Part shown: positions 8,785-18,263 of the stretch, piece by piece
How the letters are laid out: each line of letters starts with the position of its first letter
Position numbering within the stretch: the first letter of the stretch is position 1
Virus record (IMG/VR): IMGVR_UViG_3300033067_002319
Reading direction: 5' to 3' (one strand)
Length of the DNA: 64,000 nt
From: an uncultured virus (IMG/VR IMGVR_UViG_3300033067_002319)
Taxonomy: Duplodnaviria > Heunggongvirae > Uroviricota > Caudoviricetes
Notes under the pieces: model-generated
Told to the model about the DNA's origin: nothing
The model's database searches: none
Seen by the model: only the letters and a program-made list of their open reading frames with translations
Position numbers and translations under genes: made by a program

Positions 8785-9120
8785 GTGACTTCCCGCGTCT
8801 TTCACTCTACGCTCACACCCTCCGGCGAATACGGCTGGATTCTTGTCGAAGACGTCGACACGACCCTCGCCGACGTCCCTTTCGAATGTATCGACTGGAT
8901 CGTCGACCTCTCCACCGCGCGCGGTTACAGCCCTCGGGCCATTGATCGCGCGGTGAGCATTATCAAAAAGTGGCCACAGGATCGGCGGATCTGGGTGATC
9001 GCGACCAAAAACATGATCCGCATGGCCGCTCGATGTGTGGGGATGTTGGTGAAGGTCCGTATCGAGTGTGTCGACAGCCTCGCCGACGCTCGGAGTCTTG
9101 TTGCCCGTCAGCCTGGATAG
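8785..9120 (+). CDS. STAS/SEC14 (SpoIIAA-like) domain protein
   Basis: WIVDLS...IWVIATKNMIRMAA...VDSLADARS pattern. Confidence 0.45.
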   Translation: MTSRVFHSTLTPSGEYGWILVEDVDTTLADVPFECIDWIVDLSTARGYSPRAIDRAVSIIKKWPQDRRIWVIATKNMIRMAARCVGMLVKVRIECVDSLADARSLVARQPG

Positions 9121-9153
9121 ACCTGATTACAGACGTGGGTTAGCGTCCGACCT

Positions 9154-9441
9154 ATGGACAAGATCGAAAAGCTCCTCAAGAAGTTGCCGACAGGCTGGGC
9201 CGAAGAAGCGAACGGAATGACCCCGAGCGGGCTCAAGGCTGCCATCCTCCAGTCGGAAGTGAACATCAAGGCCACCACCATCGCCAAGGAGGCCGACGAG
9301 AAACTCCAGGGCGCCAAGGAGATCGTCAAGGACCTCAACGGCCCCTACGCTGACGCGGTGAAGGCGCAGCGGGCGAAGATCGCGTACGCGCTGTATCTGT
9401 TGGAGGAGAAGGGGCTGGCGCCGGGGGCTGAAGAAGAATGA
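9154..9441 (+). CDS. hypothetical helical protein
   Basis: TAGCGT-N7-ATG; strong codon bias. Confidence 0.7.
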   Translation: MDKIEKLLKKLPTGWAEEANGMTPSGLKAAILQSEVNIKATTIAKEADEKLQGAKEIVKDLNGPYADAVKAQRAKIAYALYLLEEKGLAPGAEEE

Positions 9442-9995
9442 TCATCCTCGTCGACATGGACGGCGTCGTCGCCGACTTCGAAGAAGGGCACCGGCGCATG
9501 TGTCGCAACCTTGGTTTCGGCGCCATCCTCGAAGGCGCCGAGCGTACCACCTGGGACATCCTCGACACTGTCGACCCTGCCCACAAGGCCGCCATCCTCG
9601 ACATCTGGCACAGCCCGGGGTTCTTCCGTGGTCTCAAGCCGATCGCCGGCGCGAACGAAGTGATGCACAGCTGGCTGCGCGGGGGTCACGAGGTGTTTTT
9701 GTGCACCGCGCCGATGCTCAACCACGCGACGTGTGCGCAGGAGAAGATCGCCTGGGTCGCGGATCACCTCGGGCCGGAGTTCGCCGGGCGGGTGATCATC
9801 ACGAGGGACAAGACGCTCGTGCATGGGGACGTGCTTATTGATGATCGACCGGACATCGTCGGGGTGAACAAGAAGCCCTCGTGGAAGCACTGGCTCTACG
9901 CGACGAGCTACAACGCAAACCACACGCACACGCACAGGTACCGTGGGAACTTTGGACCTGGGGTCGATGGTCACTGGACGTGGGTGTTCACATGA
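9438..9995 (+). CDS. 5'(3')-deoxyribonucleotidase (NT5C, HAD family)
   Basis: DMDGVVADF, PGFF--LKPI, EK--WV, TRDKT-V-GDVLIDD. Confidence 0.92.
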   Translation: MIILVDMDGVVADFEEGHRRMCRNLGFGAILEGAERTTWDILDTVDPAHKAAILDIWHSPGFFRGLKPIAGANEVMHSWLRGGHEVFLCTAPMLNHATCAQEKIAWVADHLGPEFAGRVIITRDKTLVHGDVLIDDRPDIVGVNKKPSWKHWLYATSYNANHTHTHRYRGNFGPGVDGHWTWVFT

Positions 9996-10192
9996 AACAC
10001 TTCGAACTCTGCGACGAACGGGGCCGCATCATCCCTCATGAGCCCACGTTCGAAAACCTCCCCGCAGCCAACACCCGCGCTCGGGCGCTCTTGAGGAACA
10101 TCATCGTCGTCCGCGTCATTGACGGCGTACGGGAAGACATGTCGTACTCGGGACCTGAAGGCTGGTCCCCGCGAAAGAAGAGGGCAGCATGA
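9992..10192 (+). CDS. hypothetical protein
   Basis: ATGA coupling on both sides. Confidence 0.55.
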   Translation: MKHFELCDERGRIIPHEPTFENLPAANTRARALLRNIIVVRVIDGVREDMSYSGPEGWSPRKKRAA

Positions 10193-10953
10193 AGGCAGTC
10201 GGCATCGCCGGTCGCATGGGCACCGGGAAGGATACTTGTGCGTCGCTCTTGCAGCGCGAGTACGGCTACGTGGTGGTTGGGTTTGCGGACGCGCTGAAGC
10301 GCGTGGCGGCGAAGCTGTTTCCGGACGTGCCAGAGGCGTTGTTCTGGGGGCCGAGCGAGGATCGGAACAGGGAGTTGAAGGAGCCGATTGATCGACACGC
10401 TCTTGAGGACGCCTACGCCCGTATCCGTACGGGTATGTTGGTGCAAGACTTGACGTGGAACGGCGAAATCACGCTTGCGATGGTCGCGAAGCATCTTGAG
10501 GACGCCCTGACCCCGCACCTCCCCATCACCACGCCCCGCAAGCTCCTCCAGCTCCTCGGCAGCGAGTGGGGCCGGGGCCTCCAGGACGACGTGTGGCTCA
10601 AGGCGCTCGGGCGCACGGCCAAGCTGGTCGCCGAGGGTGTTCCCTACTTCCGGCGCGATGGCGCCTTGACGTCCTTGCAAACTCGTCTTGCGCCGGCTTC
10701 CGTGGCCATTCCCGACTGTCGCTTCCTGAACGAAGCGAAGTACATCCGGGAGGAGTTGGGCGGGATGGTCTTCTGGATCGACGCCGCAGCTCGCGTAGCG
10801 AGCGACGCCAAGTTCGCCCACGCTTCGGAGCCCGCAAAGGAGGACCTGGGCGATCAAGTGGACGAGACGGTGCCGAACAACGCCAGCTTTGACAGCTTCC
10901 TCCTCAACATCCGCCTCGCGTCGCTTCAGCACCTCGGTGTCGTTACCTCGTAG
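10189..10953 (+). CDS. deoxynucleoside monophosphate kinase
   Basis: GRMGTGKDT, FADALK, TPRKLLQLLGSEWGR, DCRFLNE, HASE. Confidence 0.9.
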   Translation: MKAVGIAGRMGTGKDTCASLLQREYGYVVVGFADALKRVAAKLFPDVPEALFWGPSEDRNRELKEPIDRHALEDAYARIRTGMLVQDLTWNGEITLAMVAKHLEDALTPHLPITTPRKLLQLLGSEWGRGLQDDVWLKALGRTAKLVAEGVPYFRRDGALTSLQTRLAPASVAIPDCRFLNEAKYIREELGGMVFWIDAAARVASDAKFAHASEPAKEDLGDQVDETVPNNASFDSFLLNIRLASLQHLGVVTS

Positions 10954-12436
10954 CCTCCAGGGGGCCGGCGTCACTCGCTTCCTGAAGCGCATCCATGAAC
11001 TCCTGCGCCAGCTCCGTCTTCCGCCCCGACATCTGCTGCATGTAGCGCTCGATGCCGGGGTTCTTCTTCTGCAACCCCGTCGCTGCTAGAAGCCGCCCCA
11101 AGGCTCCGCTCCGAGGCTCCGAGAAGTACCTCATGACGCGAACGTTCCGCTCGTTCTCGGGCAGGTGGGAGTGGCTACGGTACCGGATACCTCGGCCGAT
11201 GACCTGATCGAGCTTGGGGTCGTTCCAATGCGGCTCGGTGAGCTGAATGGACCGCGTCCCCTTGAGGTCCAACCCTTCGGTTCCTGACGATGACACGAGC
11301 AGGTTCGGAATCCTCCCCTCGTTGTACGCCTTCACGAGCTCTCCCCGCTGGTTCTTGGGGATGCCGCCGTGGAAGACGGCGTGGGGGACCTTCTTCGCTG
11401 CCAGCATCCTGGCCAAGGGCAACAGGCCGCCCTCCAGGTAGTTCGAGTAGATCACGCCCTTGTGGTTTGGGTTCTTCGAACGCGCCGCAACAAGATCCTC
11501 AACGATCTGCCGGAGCTTCGGGGCGCTATCGACTTCGTCGGCATCCGTCATCCTAGCGACGTAAGGCCTCGGCGTGTTCGACACCTGCCGCAGCCCACCC
11601 TGGAACGCGTTGAGTTCCTTGCTCTCGGCTTTCGTCATCGGCAACCCCGCGCGGATCTTGGCGCGCAGGAACCATGGCATCTTGTCCTCGTGGAACTTGT
11701 ACAGCTCCCACTGCTTCGGGGACATCTGCACCGGGATCTCTTCGTCGATGCGATCGGGGAAGTCTGCGCCACCACCACGGTGCACGTCCACGTAGCCCTT
11801 GGTCGCGTCGATGAACGCGCGGCGATTCTTGAGCGTAGGGACAATCTCGCCCTTGAGGCCTCGGATGCGATCGATCAAACCCGCGTTGCGGCGCTTCTCG
11901 CCAACGAACATGGAACGGAAGCGGGTAGGGTCGCTGGGGACGATGTCGTGGCCGGCTGCCGTATTCAAGAGCGGTGCAACATCGGTGATCTGGTTGTAGA
12001 TCGGTGTCGCCGTGAGCAACAACCTCGCATCCGCATCCCGCACGCGATCAGCTACCTCCTTCGAGATACCAGTGCCGGCGTTCCGCGCACGATGGGCCTC
12101 ATCCATCACGGCGAGCGAGTGGGGACGGACGTCCTGATCCTTCACCGCTGCTTCATACGACCGCAGCCGCGTGCCTTCCGGAACTTCGCCGAGGTGCTTG
12201 TGTAGCTCCTTCTCGAAGTTGGGGACCAGCGGAGCTGGCATGATTCCCTCGATCGGTAATCCAAGCGCTTGCCCAGACGCAATAGCCGAGAGGCCCTTGC
12301 CTGACCCGAGCCCGTGCGCCACCAGGAGCCCCGGCTTCTTGCCGAGCGCCTGCTGCGCGCGCAGCTTGTCGACGACCCGTTGCTGGTGGGGTTGCAGTGG
12401 GGATTTTAGGCCAAGTTGGTCGTCTACGGCGTTCAC
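10943..12436 (-). CDS. superfamily 2 helicase (SNF2/NPH-I-like)
   Basis: HGLGSGK, DEAH, TATP, EGLDL, EPHWN, QVIGRGIR. Confidence 0.9.
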   Translation of the reverse strand: MNAVDDQLGLKSPLQPHQQRVVDKLRAQQALGKKPGLLVAHGLGSGKGLSAIASGQALGLPIEGIMPAPLVPNFEKELHKHLGEVPEGTRLRSYEAAVKDQDVRPHSLAVMDEAHRARNAGTGISKEVADRVRDADARLLLTATPIYNQITDVAPLLNTAAGHDIVPSDPTRFRSMFVGEKRRNAGLIDRIRGLKGEIVPTLKNRRAFIDATKGYVDVHRGGGADFPDRIDEEIPVQMSPKQWELYKFHEDKMPWFLRAKIRAGLPMTKAESKELNAFQGGLRQVSNTPRPYVARMTDADEVDSAPKLRQIVEDLVAARSKNPNHKGVIYSNYLEGGLLPLARMLAAKKVPHAVFHGGIPKNQRGELVKAYNEGRIPNLLVSSSGTEGLDLKGTRSIQLTEPHWNDPKLDQVIGRGIRYRSHSHLPENERNVRVMRYFSEPRSGALGRLLAATGLQKKNPGIERYMQQMSGRKTELAQEFMDALQEASDAGPLEATR

Positions 12437-12455
12437 GCCGTAAACGGTAAGGGCG

Positions 12456-12507
12456 AAAGAAAGGGCCGCCAGCGGCGCAGAGAACCCGAAGGTCCTCTGC
12501 GCCGCTG
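12456..12507 (-). terminator. intrinsic terminator-like hairpin
   Basis: CAGCGGCGCAGAG stem, UUCG loop on minus strand, then CTTTCTTT. Confidence 0.7.
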
Positions 12508-12518
12508 TGCCTTAGTCC

Positions 12519-13706
12519 TTACTCATCGGCCGTGTACAGCTCGTACACCTTCATCGGGTATCCACTTTCGGTGTCCTGCGTCCCGGTGTACTTGATCTTC
12601 ATCGGCGTACCCGGCTTGGGATCCGCGTTTCGCACAAGATCGATCAACATGATGCCGCCGACGCTGTAGCGAGTCTCATTCGGACCCTTGAGGATCACCG
12701 TTTCGAAGTTGCCGTCAGCGGTGACGACTTCGTTGAGGCGCACGAAGGTCCCTTCGAGAGTCTCTCCAGGGCGCTTGAACTTGAAGATCACCGGGCGTTC
12801 CACGCGTCGCCAGGTCTTCTGGGGAGGTACTGGCGCCGGCGTGTCTTTGGAGATCTGAGGATCTGCGTACGGCCCTGGGCCCGCGTACGATCCGTCCGAC
12901 GCTGCCGTCGCGGAGATCCAGGTGCCGTCTGCCTTGCGTTGGAAGCCGCGATACCGCTGCCAGGTTTCGTCGGGAGCGGCCTCGTGGCCGTCGGGGACCT
13001 CGGCGACGCGGATCCAACCTTGGTTGACGGTGAACCACGACTTCTTCTGAAGACCCTCCACGAGCCTCTCGACCTCAGCGCGCACGCAAGGATGAAGTTG
13101 AACGGGCGTCATGTTGTCGCCACCGTACCGCACGACGAACCAGGTCCTGGGCTCCCCCACCTTCTTCCACGCGGCCTCCCCCGGCTTCCTGACGTACTCC
13201 TCGACCAGCTTCCCCTCCTGCATGATCCGGCACCACGCGGCCTCGCCAGGCTGATCGTGATCCAAGATCCTTTTGAGTACGTGCGCTCCCTTCTGTGCCA
13301 TAGAGAGCTCTTGGTAGGGCCCGCGCCGATCAAGGGGCTTTCCCGAGTATCCGCCGGTCACGAAGTACTCCAGCCCCGGTGCTGGTTTGACCTCCTTCGC
13401 AAAATTGAACTGCATTGCGACGCGTGAGTCCACGCGCGGCTTGGCCCGTTGCCAGGCTCCGTTGGTCCGGATCCACTCCTGCTTGATCACTCCGACAGCA
13501 GCACCAGGCTTCACCCTGGTGAGCATTACGGCGTCTCCTTGATGTGTGAGCTGCCGATCGAGTCCGAAGCGCTCGGGGCCGTAAACGCCATTCGTTCGGA
13601 TGTCGCCGAGCTCGGTCTCGGCGTCCGTGAGCCGCTTGAACGGCCCGAAGGTCCCTGTGTGCGTACCGTTCCAGGTGCAGAACTCGATGTAGTATTCGCT
13701 CATCAT
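12519..13706 (-). CDS. modular hypothetical protein, C-terminal OB-fold/SSB-like domain
   Basis: C-term FKF--PGETLEG-F...IKYTG...MKVYEL; repeated N-terminal modules. Confidence 0.55.
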   Translation of the reverse strand: MMSEYYIEFCTWNGTHTGTFGPFKRLTDAETELGDIRTNGVYGPERFGLDRQLTHQGDAVMLTRVKPGAAVGVIKQEWIRTNGAWQRAKPRVDSRVAMQFNFAKEVKPAPGLEYFVTGGYSGKPLDRRGPYQELSMAQKGAHVLKRILDHDQPGEAAWCRIMQEGKLVEEYVRKPGEAAWKKVGEPRTWFVVRYGGDNMTPVQLHPCVRAEVERLVEGLQKKSWFTVNQGWIRVAEVPDGHEAAPDETWQRYRGFQRKADGTWISATAASDGSYAGPGPYADPQISKDTPAPVPPQKTWRRVERPVIFKFKRPGETLEGTFVRLNEVVTADGNFETVILKGPNETRYSVGGIMLIDLVRNADPKPGTPMKIKYTGTQDTESGYPMKVYELYTADE

Positions 13707-13726
13707 GTGGCTGTTACCTTTCGTGA

Positions 13727-13918
13727 ATGGAACTGATGAACCCGTCTCAATTCAACAAGGCCACGAACGCCTCAACGAAGGCGGTCGGAAGCCTGGCGAA
13801 GAAGTTGCCCCCGCCGATGAAGATGGCTGAAGTCTTGGATCACTTGCTCGGCGCGAGCGAGCCCGCTTCGGTCACCGCCGCCCGGCAGAAGGTCGCCGCG
13901 CTCTACGGGGTGAAGTGA
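13727..13918 (+). CDS. hypothetical protein
   Basis: TACCTT-N6-ATG; coupled to endolysin. Confidence 0.55.
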   Translation: MELMNPSQFNKATNASTKAVGSLAKKLPPPMKMAEVLDHLLGASEPASVTAARQKVAALYGVK

Positions 13919-14703
13919 TGGAGAAGTGGACCGGAGACCTCGCCCCGCCGCCCTTCTGGCTCGTGCCTTCTCTCGAAGTTACCAGTGAGCAGGACGCCCC
14001 CAAGCTCCCGCGCGGCAAGTTCGTGTTGGCCTGTCTCGCCGCGCTGCTCGCCCAGCACCTCTCGCTCGACCTCGCGCTTGGCGTCGCCGCCAACACGATG
14101 AACGAGACGGGCTGGGGTCGCTACTACCACGGGGACAACCTCGGAGGCTGGAAGATCAACAAGGGCACGGCCCACAACCCCGACGGCTCGCCTCGTCGGT
14201 GGTGGCGGGCGCTGGGGAACAAGGGCAGCGGAGATCCGCAAACGTGTTTCTACCGCGCGTTCCCGAGCTTCGAGGCGTACTTCGCGGAGTGGCTGGCGAA
14301 CTTCGTGCCGAAGCAAGGGAAGCCGAAGGGTCGTTACACCAAGACGGGTCAGCAGTTCTGGGCTGGCGAGCCTTGGTTCGACGATCTGATCGAGGCGGGA
14401 TACAAGGGCGAGGTCACCCGGCGCAACCCGTCCGGCTCGATCCACGCGCACGACCAGATCGTCAAAACGCTTCTCGTTTACTGGGTACAAAGCCTGCTTG
14501 GGGTTGCCTCGGACGGGCAGTGGGGTCCCAAGAGCAAGGCGGCGTGTGCCGGGTTCCAGGAATCAGTGGGCTTGAAGGCCACTGGGGTGCTCGACGACGC
14601 GACCATCAAGCTGCTCACCGACGAAGGTGCGCCGAAGATGACCACGATGGTCCTGCCGCTCCTGGCGAAGAATCACGATCCGGAGCTCTCCGAAGCTGCC
14701 TGA
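13915..14703 (+). CDS. putative endolysin: glucosaminidase/GH73-like domain plus peptidoglycan-binding domain
   Basis: NETGWG...NLGGWK...FYRAFPS; VQSLLG--SDGQWGPKS--A---FQ---GLKATGVLD--T. Confidence 0.75.
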   Translation: MMEKWTGDLAPPPFWLVPSLEVTSEQDAPKLPRGKFVLACLAALLAQHLSLDLALGVAANTMNETGWGRYYHGDNLGGWKINKGTAHNPDGSPRRWWRALGNKGSGDPQTCFYRAFPSFEAYFAEWLANFVPKQGKPKGRYTKTGQQFWAGEPWFDDLIEAGYKGEVTRRNPSGSIHAHDQIVKTLLVYWVQSLLGVASDGQWGPKSKAACAGFQESVGLKATGVLDDATIKLLTDEGAPKMTTMVLPLLAKNHDPELSEAA

Positions 14704-15050
14704 TCCTCTTCTTGCTCCCAGTAGTAGAAGCTGTCCACCTTCCCCTCCGCCATCTTCTTCACACCCTTCAGCGCCGACTCGTAGTACGGAAGCACCTTCG
14801 TCTTGATCAGGTGCTGAAGGGCTTCCTTGGTCCTGGCGAAGTACTTGTTGTCGCTTTCGTCGTCCAAGCCCTTGCGCGGCATGAAGTTGCCGAACGACAA
14901 GTAGAACTTGGCGTCGGGCATCGCCTTGGGGAGTTTGGTGTCCTCGGTCACTTTGATGATGAACAAGTTCACCGGGATGTTGGCGTCGTCGTACTCGCCG
15001 TCGAAGCCATCACCCACGAGGCACACTTCGAGATCCTTTTCGTCGCTCAT
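14673..15050 (-). CDS. hypothetical protein
   Basis: GGAG RBS, ATGA coupling. Confidence 0.65.
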   Translation of the reverse strand: MSDEKDLEVCLVGDGFDGEYDDANIPVNLFIIKVTEDTKLPKAMPDAKFYLSFGNFMPRKGLDDESDNKYFARTKEALQHLIKTKVLPYYESALKGVKKMAEGKVDSFYYWEQEEDQAASESSGS

Positions 15051-15445
15051 GTCTTCTCCCTCCTTGCCTTGTCTCGCCGACTCTTTTCCATCTGAAACTG
15101 CGCGATGCCCTTCCGCCATTCGTCCTGCTGGACACGCAGGGCCGCCGGGCGGAAGGGTTCTTCCTTGTTCTCCATAAGGCAGGAGACATGAGGCGGCACC
15201 TTGAACTGCTCAAAGAGCCAGTCGATGCAGAACTCGCACAGGGCGAACTTGTACTGCATCAGATCGTCGAGAGCGCCGAGGCCGTTGCCGGCGGTGCTTT
15301 CATACCCGCCCGTGATGATAAAGTGGCTGCCGATGAAGTGGTCCACGATCGGCCACTCCCCTTCTTCCAGCGGAATTTGGCACTCCGGGCCCTTGAACGC
15401 GCAGGACAGCCCGCACAGGTTGCAGTCGGGGATCTTTTCGCTCAT
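15047..15445 (-). CDS. Cys-containing hypothetical protein
   Basis: CNLCG...LCEFC. Confidence 0.65.
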   Translation of the reverse strand: MSEKIPDCNLCGLSCAFKGPECQIPLEEGEWPIVDHFIGSHFIITGGYESTAGNGLGALDDLMQYKFALCEFCIDWLFEQFKVPPHVSCLMENKEEPFRPAALRVQQDEWRKGIAQFQMEKSRRDKARREKT

Positions 15446-15990
15446 GAACTCTTCTTTTCCCCGTAGAACATCGCCTTCGGGTACTGCTCCCGCACCCGAG
15501 ACATCGCCTGCTCTCGGGAGCTGGCTCGGAGCGTCAGCTCCAAGAGTCCATCGTCGGATGCGCACCAATAAAGCGGCGCACCGCTGCCCCAATACGTGCC
15601 CAGATGGTCGTAGTCGCCGTTCAGGCGGATTCGGCGCAACGTTAGCCGGTCTTTGAACGTCTCTTCCGTTGCGTCGCGGATGTCGCTTCGGCCGAGGGCT
15701 GCTCCACGAGCGGGGCTGCCGCACCAACCCTTCGGGTCGTTCTTTTTGTAATCAGGCCTACTCACCGGTTTCCTCCTTCGATTAAGCCTCTTCCAACACG
15801 TCTTGCAATCGAACATCGTCCAGGTCGTTCCCGTCGAGAACGGCCCTGAGCACTTCCACTTCCCGCAGAGCGATTTGCCGTTGGCGTAGTAGTGGTACTT
15901 CCCGGCGGTGTTGCGTTTCCACCGCCAGTAGATCTTGAGCGACCAGCCTTCAGTTGAGAAGGATGGCAAGCAACTGCCGACCAGCAGCAT
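15442..15990 (-). CDS. hypothetical protein (alternative start GTG 15765)
   Basis: AGGAGG RBS before 15765; upstream part has H-x-LCG...CKTC. Confidence 0.55.
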   Translation of the reverse strand: MLLVGSCLPSFSTEGWSLKIYWRWKRNTAGKYHYYANGKSLCGKWKCSGPFSTGTTWTMFDCKTCWKRLNRRRKPVSRPDYKKNDPKGWCGSPARGAALGRSDIRDATEETFKDRLTLRRIRLNGDYDHLGTYWGSGAPLYWCASDDGLLELTLRASSREQAMSRVREQYPKAMFYGEKKSS

Positions 15991-16011
15991 TTCGCGTCTC
16001 CTTGGGCAGTT

Positions 16012-16782
16012 TCAGGAATCCGCGAGGGAGCGGCGGTAGCTGGTCTCGGCACTCTCGAAGGACTCGGCGAAATCGAGTGCCTTTTTGCCGTAACAGGCTT
16101 CTACGTACGGGTTGATGTAGCAGAACACCTCAACACCCATTCGGATTGTATCCGACCAAGCGTCCCACTCGGCTTCTGGCAGGTACTCTTTCGTGTACTG
16201 CGCGTCGGTCACGTCCATCAGCTCTTCGAGCGAGTTGAACGTCAGCTTCGCCATCGCCGACTTGTCTTTGTCGAAGCTTGTGACGAACGTGATCGTGTAC
16301 TTCGACGCCGGGTTGGCGATCTTGATGTCGTGGATGAGCCGTAACAGGTTCTGCGTGGCGTAGCCGCACGCCGCGCATCGGATCCACCCGGTTTGGCAGT
16401 TGAGGCTCATGGATGGGTGCACGTCGTTGGGCCTGACGTGCTCGATGAGGCATGGGATGCTGATCTTGGTGGTTTCGAAGACCTTCGGTTTGATGCCGGG
16501 GATCATGGCTACCAGGAGCTGCTTGGTTGCCTCGACGTCGATGGGCAGGGAGAACTCTGCGATCGTCTCGACGGGGATGTACTTCTTCGCAAGGTCCATG
16601 AACGCGTCCGAAAGTACGTACACGGCTGAGCTCAGGCGCGCTTCAATGAGCCTGGCGATGTCGGGGACGATCGAAGGGTTGTTCACCCAGGCTTCCTCGA
16701 CGATGGAGAAGAGCTCCTCGCCTTTGGTGTCGTAGAACTTGATTGCGTTGGCGCCGATTTCGAACGTCTTCTTCATGTTCAT
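16012..16782 (-). CDS. protein with CHC2-like zinc finger
   Basis: IPCLIEH...DVHPSMSLN...IRCAACG. Confidence 0.6.
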   Translation of the reverse strand: MNMKKTFEIGANAIKFYDTKGEELFSIVEEAWVNNPSIVPDIARLIEARLSSAVYVLSDAFMDLAKKYIPVETIAEFSLPIDVEATKQLLVAMIPGIKPKVFETTKISIPCLIEHVRPNDVHPSMSLNCQTGWIRCAACGYATQNLLRLIHDIKIANPASKYTITFVTSFDKDKSAMAKLTFNSLEELMDVTDAQYTKEYLPEAEWDAWSDTIRMGVEVFCYINPYVEACYGKKALDFAESFESAETSYRRSLADS

Positions 16783-17474
16783 GCTCCTTGGGTCTTGTCG
16801 TTTGTCTCGATGATGTCCGGCCCGAACCACTCGACCATGTCCTTCTCAAACAACTCCATCAACCTCGGCAACCTTCCTTCAAGCCAGGGACGCAAGGTGT
16901 CCTCCAGTACCTTGTCGCACGCACAATCCCACGCCTTCTTGCGCGCCTCTTGGGTCTTTACGTCGTAGATGTACTCGTCGGACTTCTCCGGCGCGCGCGG
17001 CCAGGGTGGGATCTCGGGGATGGTCTCATCTGAGAGAACAACGGTTGACTTGAAGTAGTCGAGGTAGGGACGATGCCGATCGGGGTTCTTGTAGCTCTTG
17101 AGACTCAAGGGCATGAGGCCCTCGCTCTTGAGGTACTGGCTATAGTGGAAGACCGAGTTCTCGATGTAGTACCAAGGGCCTCGGTCAATGTGGAACCCGA
17201 TCCACTTGATCAAGCGCGGAAGCATCTTGTCCTTGCCTTCAAGGAGGTCGGCATCCCCCATCTTCTGAAGAAGCCTATCGAGGCGACCGAACGATCCTTC
17301 TCTCTTCGAGGATCCTCGGTATGTCGCACCAGTCAGAGAGAAGTTTGCTGGTTGCTTGGAGTCTTTTGAAGGCTTCCAGAGCGACACTTCGAACTGCGCC
17401 CAATCGTCGTGGTCGAGGCCCTCCGGCAGTGCGTAGAGCTTCGTCTTCGTTACTCGGATCTCGTCTTTAACCAC
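16779..17474 (-). CDS. hypothetical protein
   Basis: Overlap-coupled ORF. Confidence 0.65.
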   Translation of the reverse strand: MVKDEIRVTKTKLYALPEGLDHDDWAQFEVSLWKPSKDSKQPANFSLTGATYRGSSKREGSFGRLDRLLQKMGDADLLEGKDKMLPRLIKWIGFHIDRGPWYYIENSVFHYSQYLKSEGLMPLSLKSYKNPDRHRPYLDYFKSTVVLSDETIPEIPPWPRAPEKSDEYIYDVKTQEARKKAWDCACDKVLEDTLRPWLEGRLPRLMELFEKDMVEWFGPDIIETNDKTQGA

Positions 17475-17637
17475 GCCGCCACTCCTTGGGCAGATACCCG
17501 CCCTTCGAGACCCAGTTGTCGAGGCCTTGGAACAGCTCGACGACCCTTTCGATCTCGTCGTCGCTCAAGTCCATGCCTTTGTTCGTGAGCTCTCGGAGCT
17601 CTTTCAACGCCACATCAGGGTCCACGTAAACCTCCAT
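17467..17637 (-). CDS. small hypothetical protein
   Basis: DPD-AL-EL...LDNWVSKGGYLP-EW. Confidence 0.65.
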   Translation of the reverse strand: MEVYVDPDVALKELRELTNKGMDLSDDEIERVVELFQGLDNWVSKGGYLPKEWRRG

Positions 17638-17652
17638 AAGATTGAGAAACAG

Positions 17653-17702
17653 AAACACCAAAGCCGATCAAGTTCTTATGCCTGATCGGCCTTGGTGTTT
17701 CC
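17653..17702 (-). promoter_or_regulatory. 18-bp inverted repeat overlapping GGAAA-N13-CAGGCATAAG motif
   Basis: AAACACCAAAGCCGATCA ... TGATCGGCCTTGGTGTTT, one mismatch. Confidence 0.6.
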
Positions 17703-17735
17703 GGTGTTGCGAGTTAGTCCAGGATGGAGTTAAGG

Positions 17736-18263
17736 TCAATCCAAGATGAAGATCACCCTGCGAATCTTCAAGTTTGTATCAGGCCATTTCCCGATCGCTG
17801 TGATGCTGGCCTGGAGGGGCCCGTGCGTGACGAGCAGATCGAGGCTCTCGTCCTGTTCTGCTTCCTTGATGCCCGAGGCTCCGCAATTCGGGCATGCGTC
17901 CCATTCACCGCTCGCGAGCCAGTAGAACGTTGGGTCGCAGGTGTTGCAGCCGTACTTGATCAGGGGCAGGTACTGCCACGGGCGCACGTTCGGTGGTGGT
18001 TCGGGTTTGGGTTTTGGTGCTGGCACCGCAGGGGCTTCGTCTTCCGCTTCTTCATCGGGCAGCACCGCGCCGTGGGCGTTGCATGCGACCCGAAGGACCT
18101 CCAGACCATCCCGGGCGAGGATGGCGTAGGCGACCTTGCCGCGCTTACACTTGACGTTGTGGCAGTTTCGCGCGCGCTCGCACTTGCAAGCCGTTCGGAA
18201 GAATTTGCCGTCGATGTCCTTCCGCACCTCGCCGAACGTCTCTTTGCAGGTAGTGCACTTCAT
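17736..18263 (-). CDS. multi-CxxC hypothetical protein
   Basis: CTTC, CNTC, CPNC; Pro-rich linker. Confidence 0.6.
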   Translation of the reverse strand: MKCTTCKETFGEVRKDIDGKFFRTACKCERARNCHNVKCKRGKVAYAILARDGLEVLRVACNAHGAVLPDEEAEDEAPAVPAPKPKPEPPPNVRPWQYLPLIKYGCNTCDPTFYWLASGEWDACPNCGASGIKEAEQDESLDLLVTHGPLQASITAIGKWPDTNLKIRRVIFILD

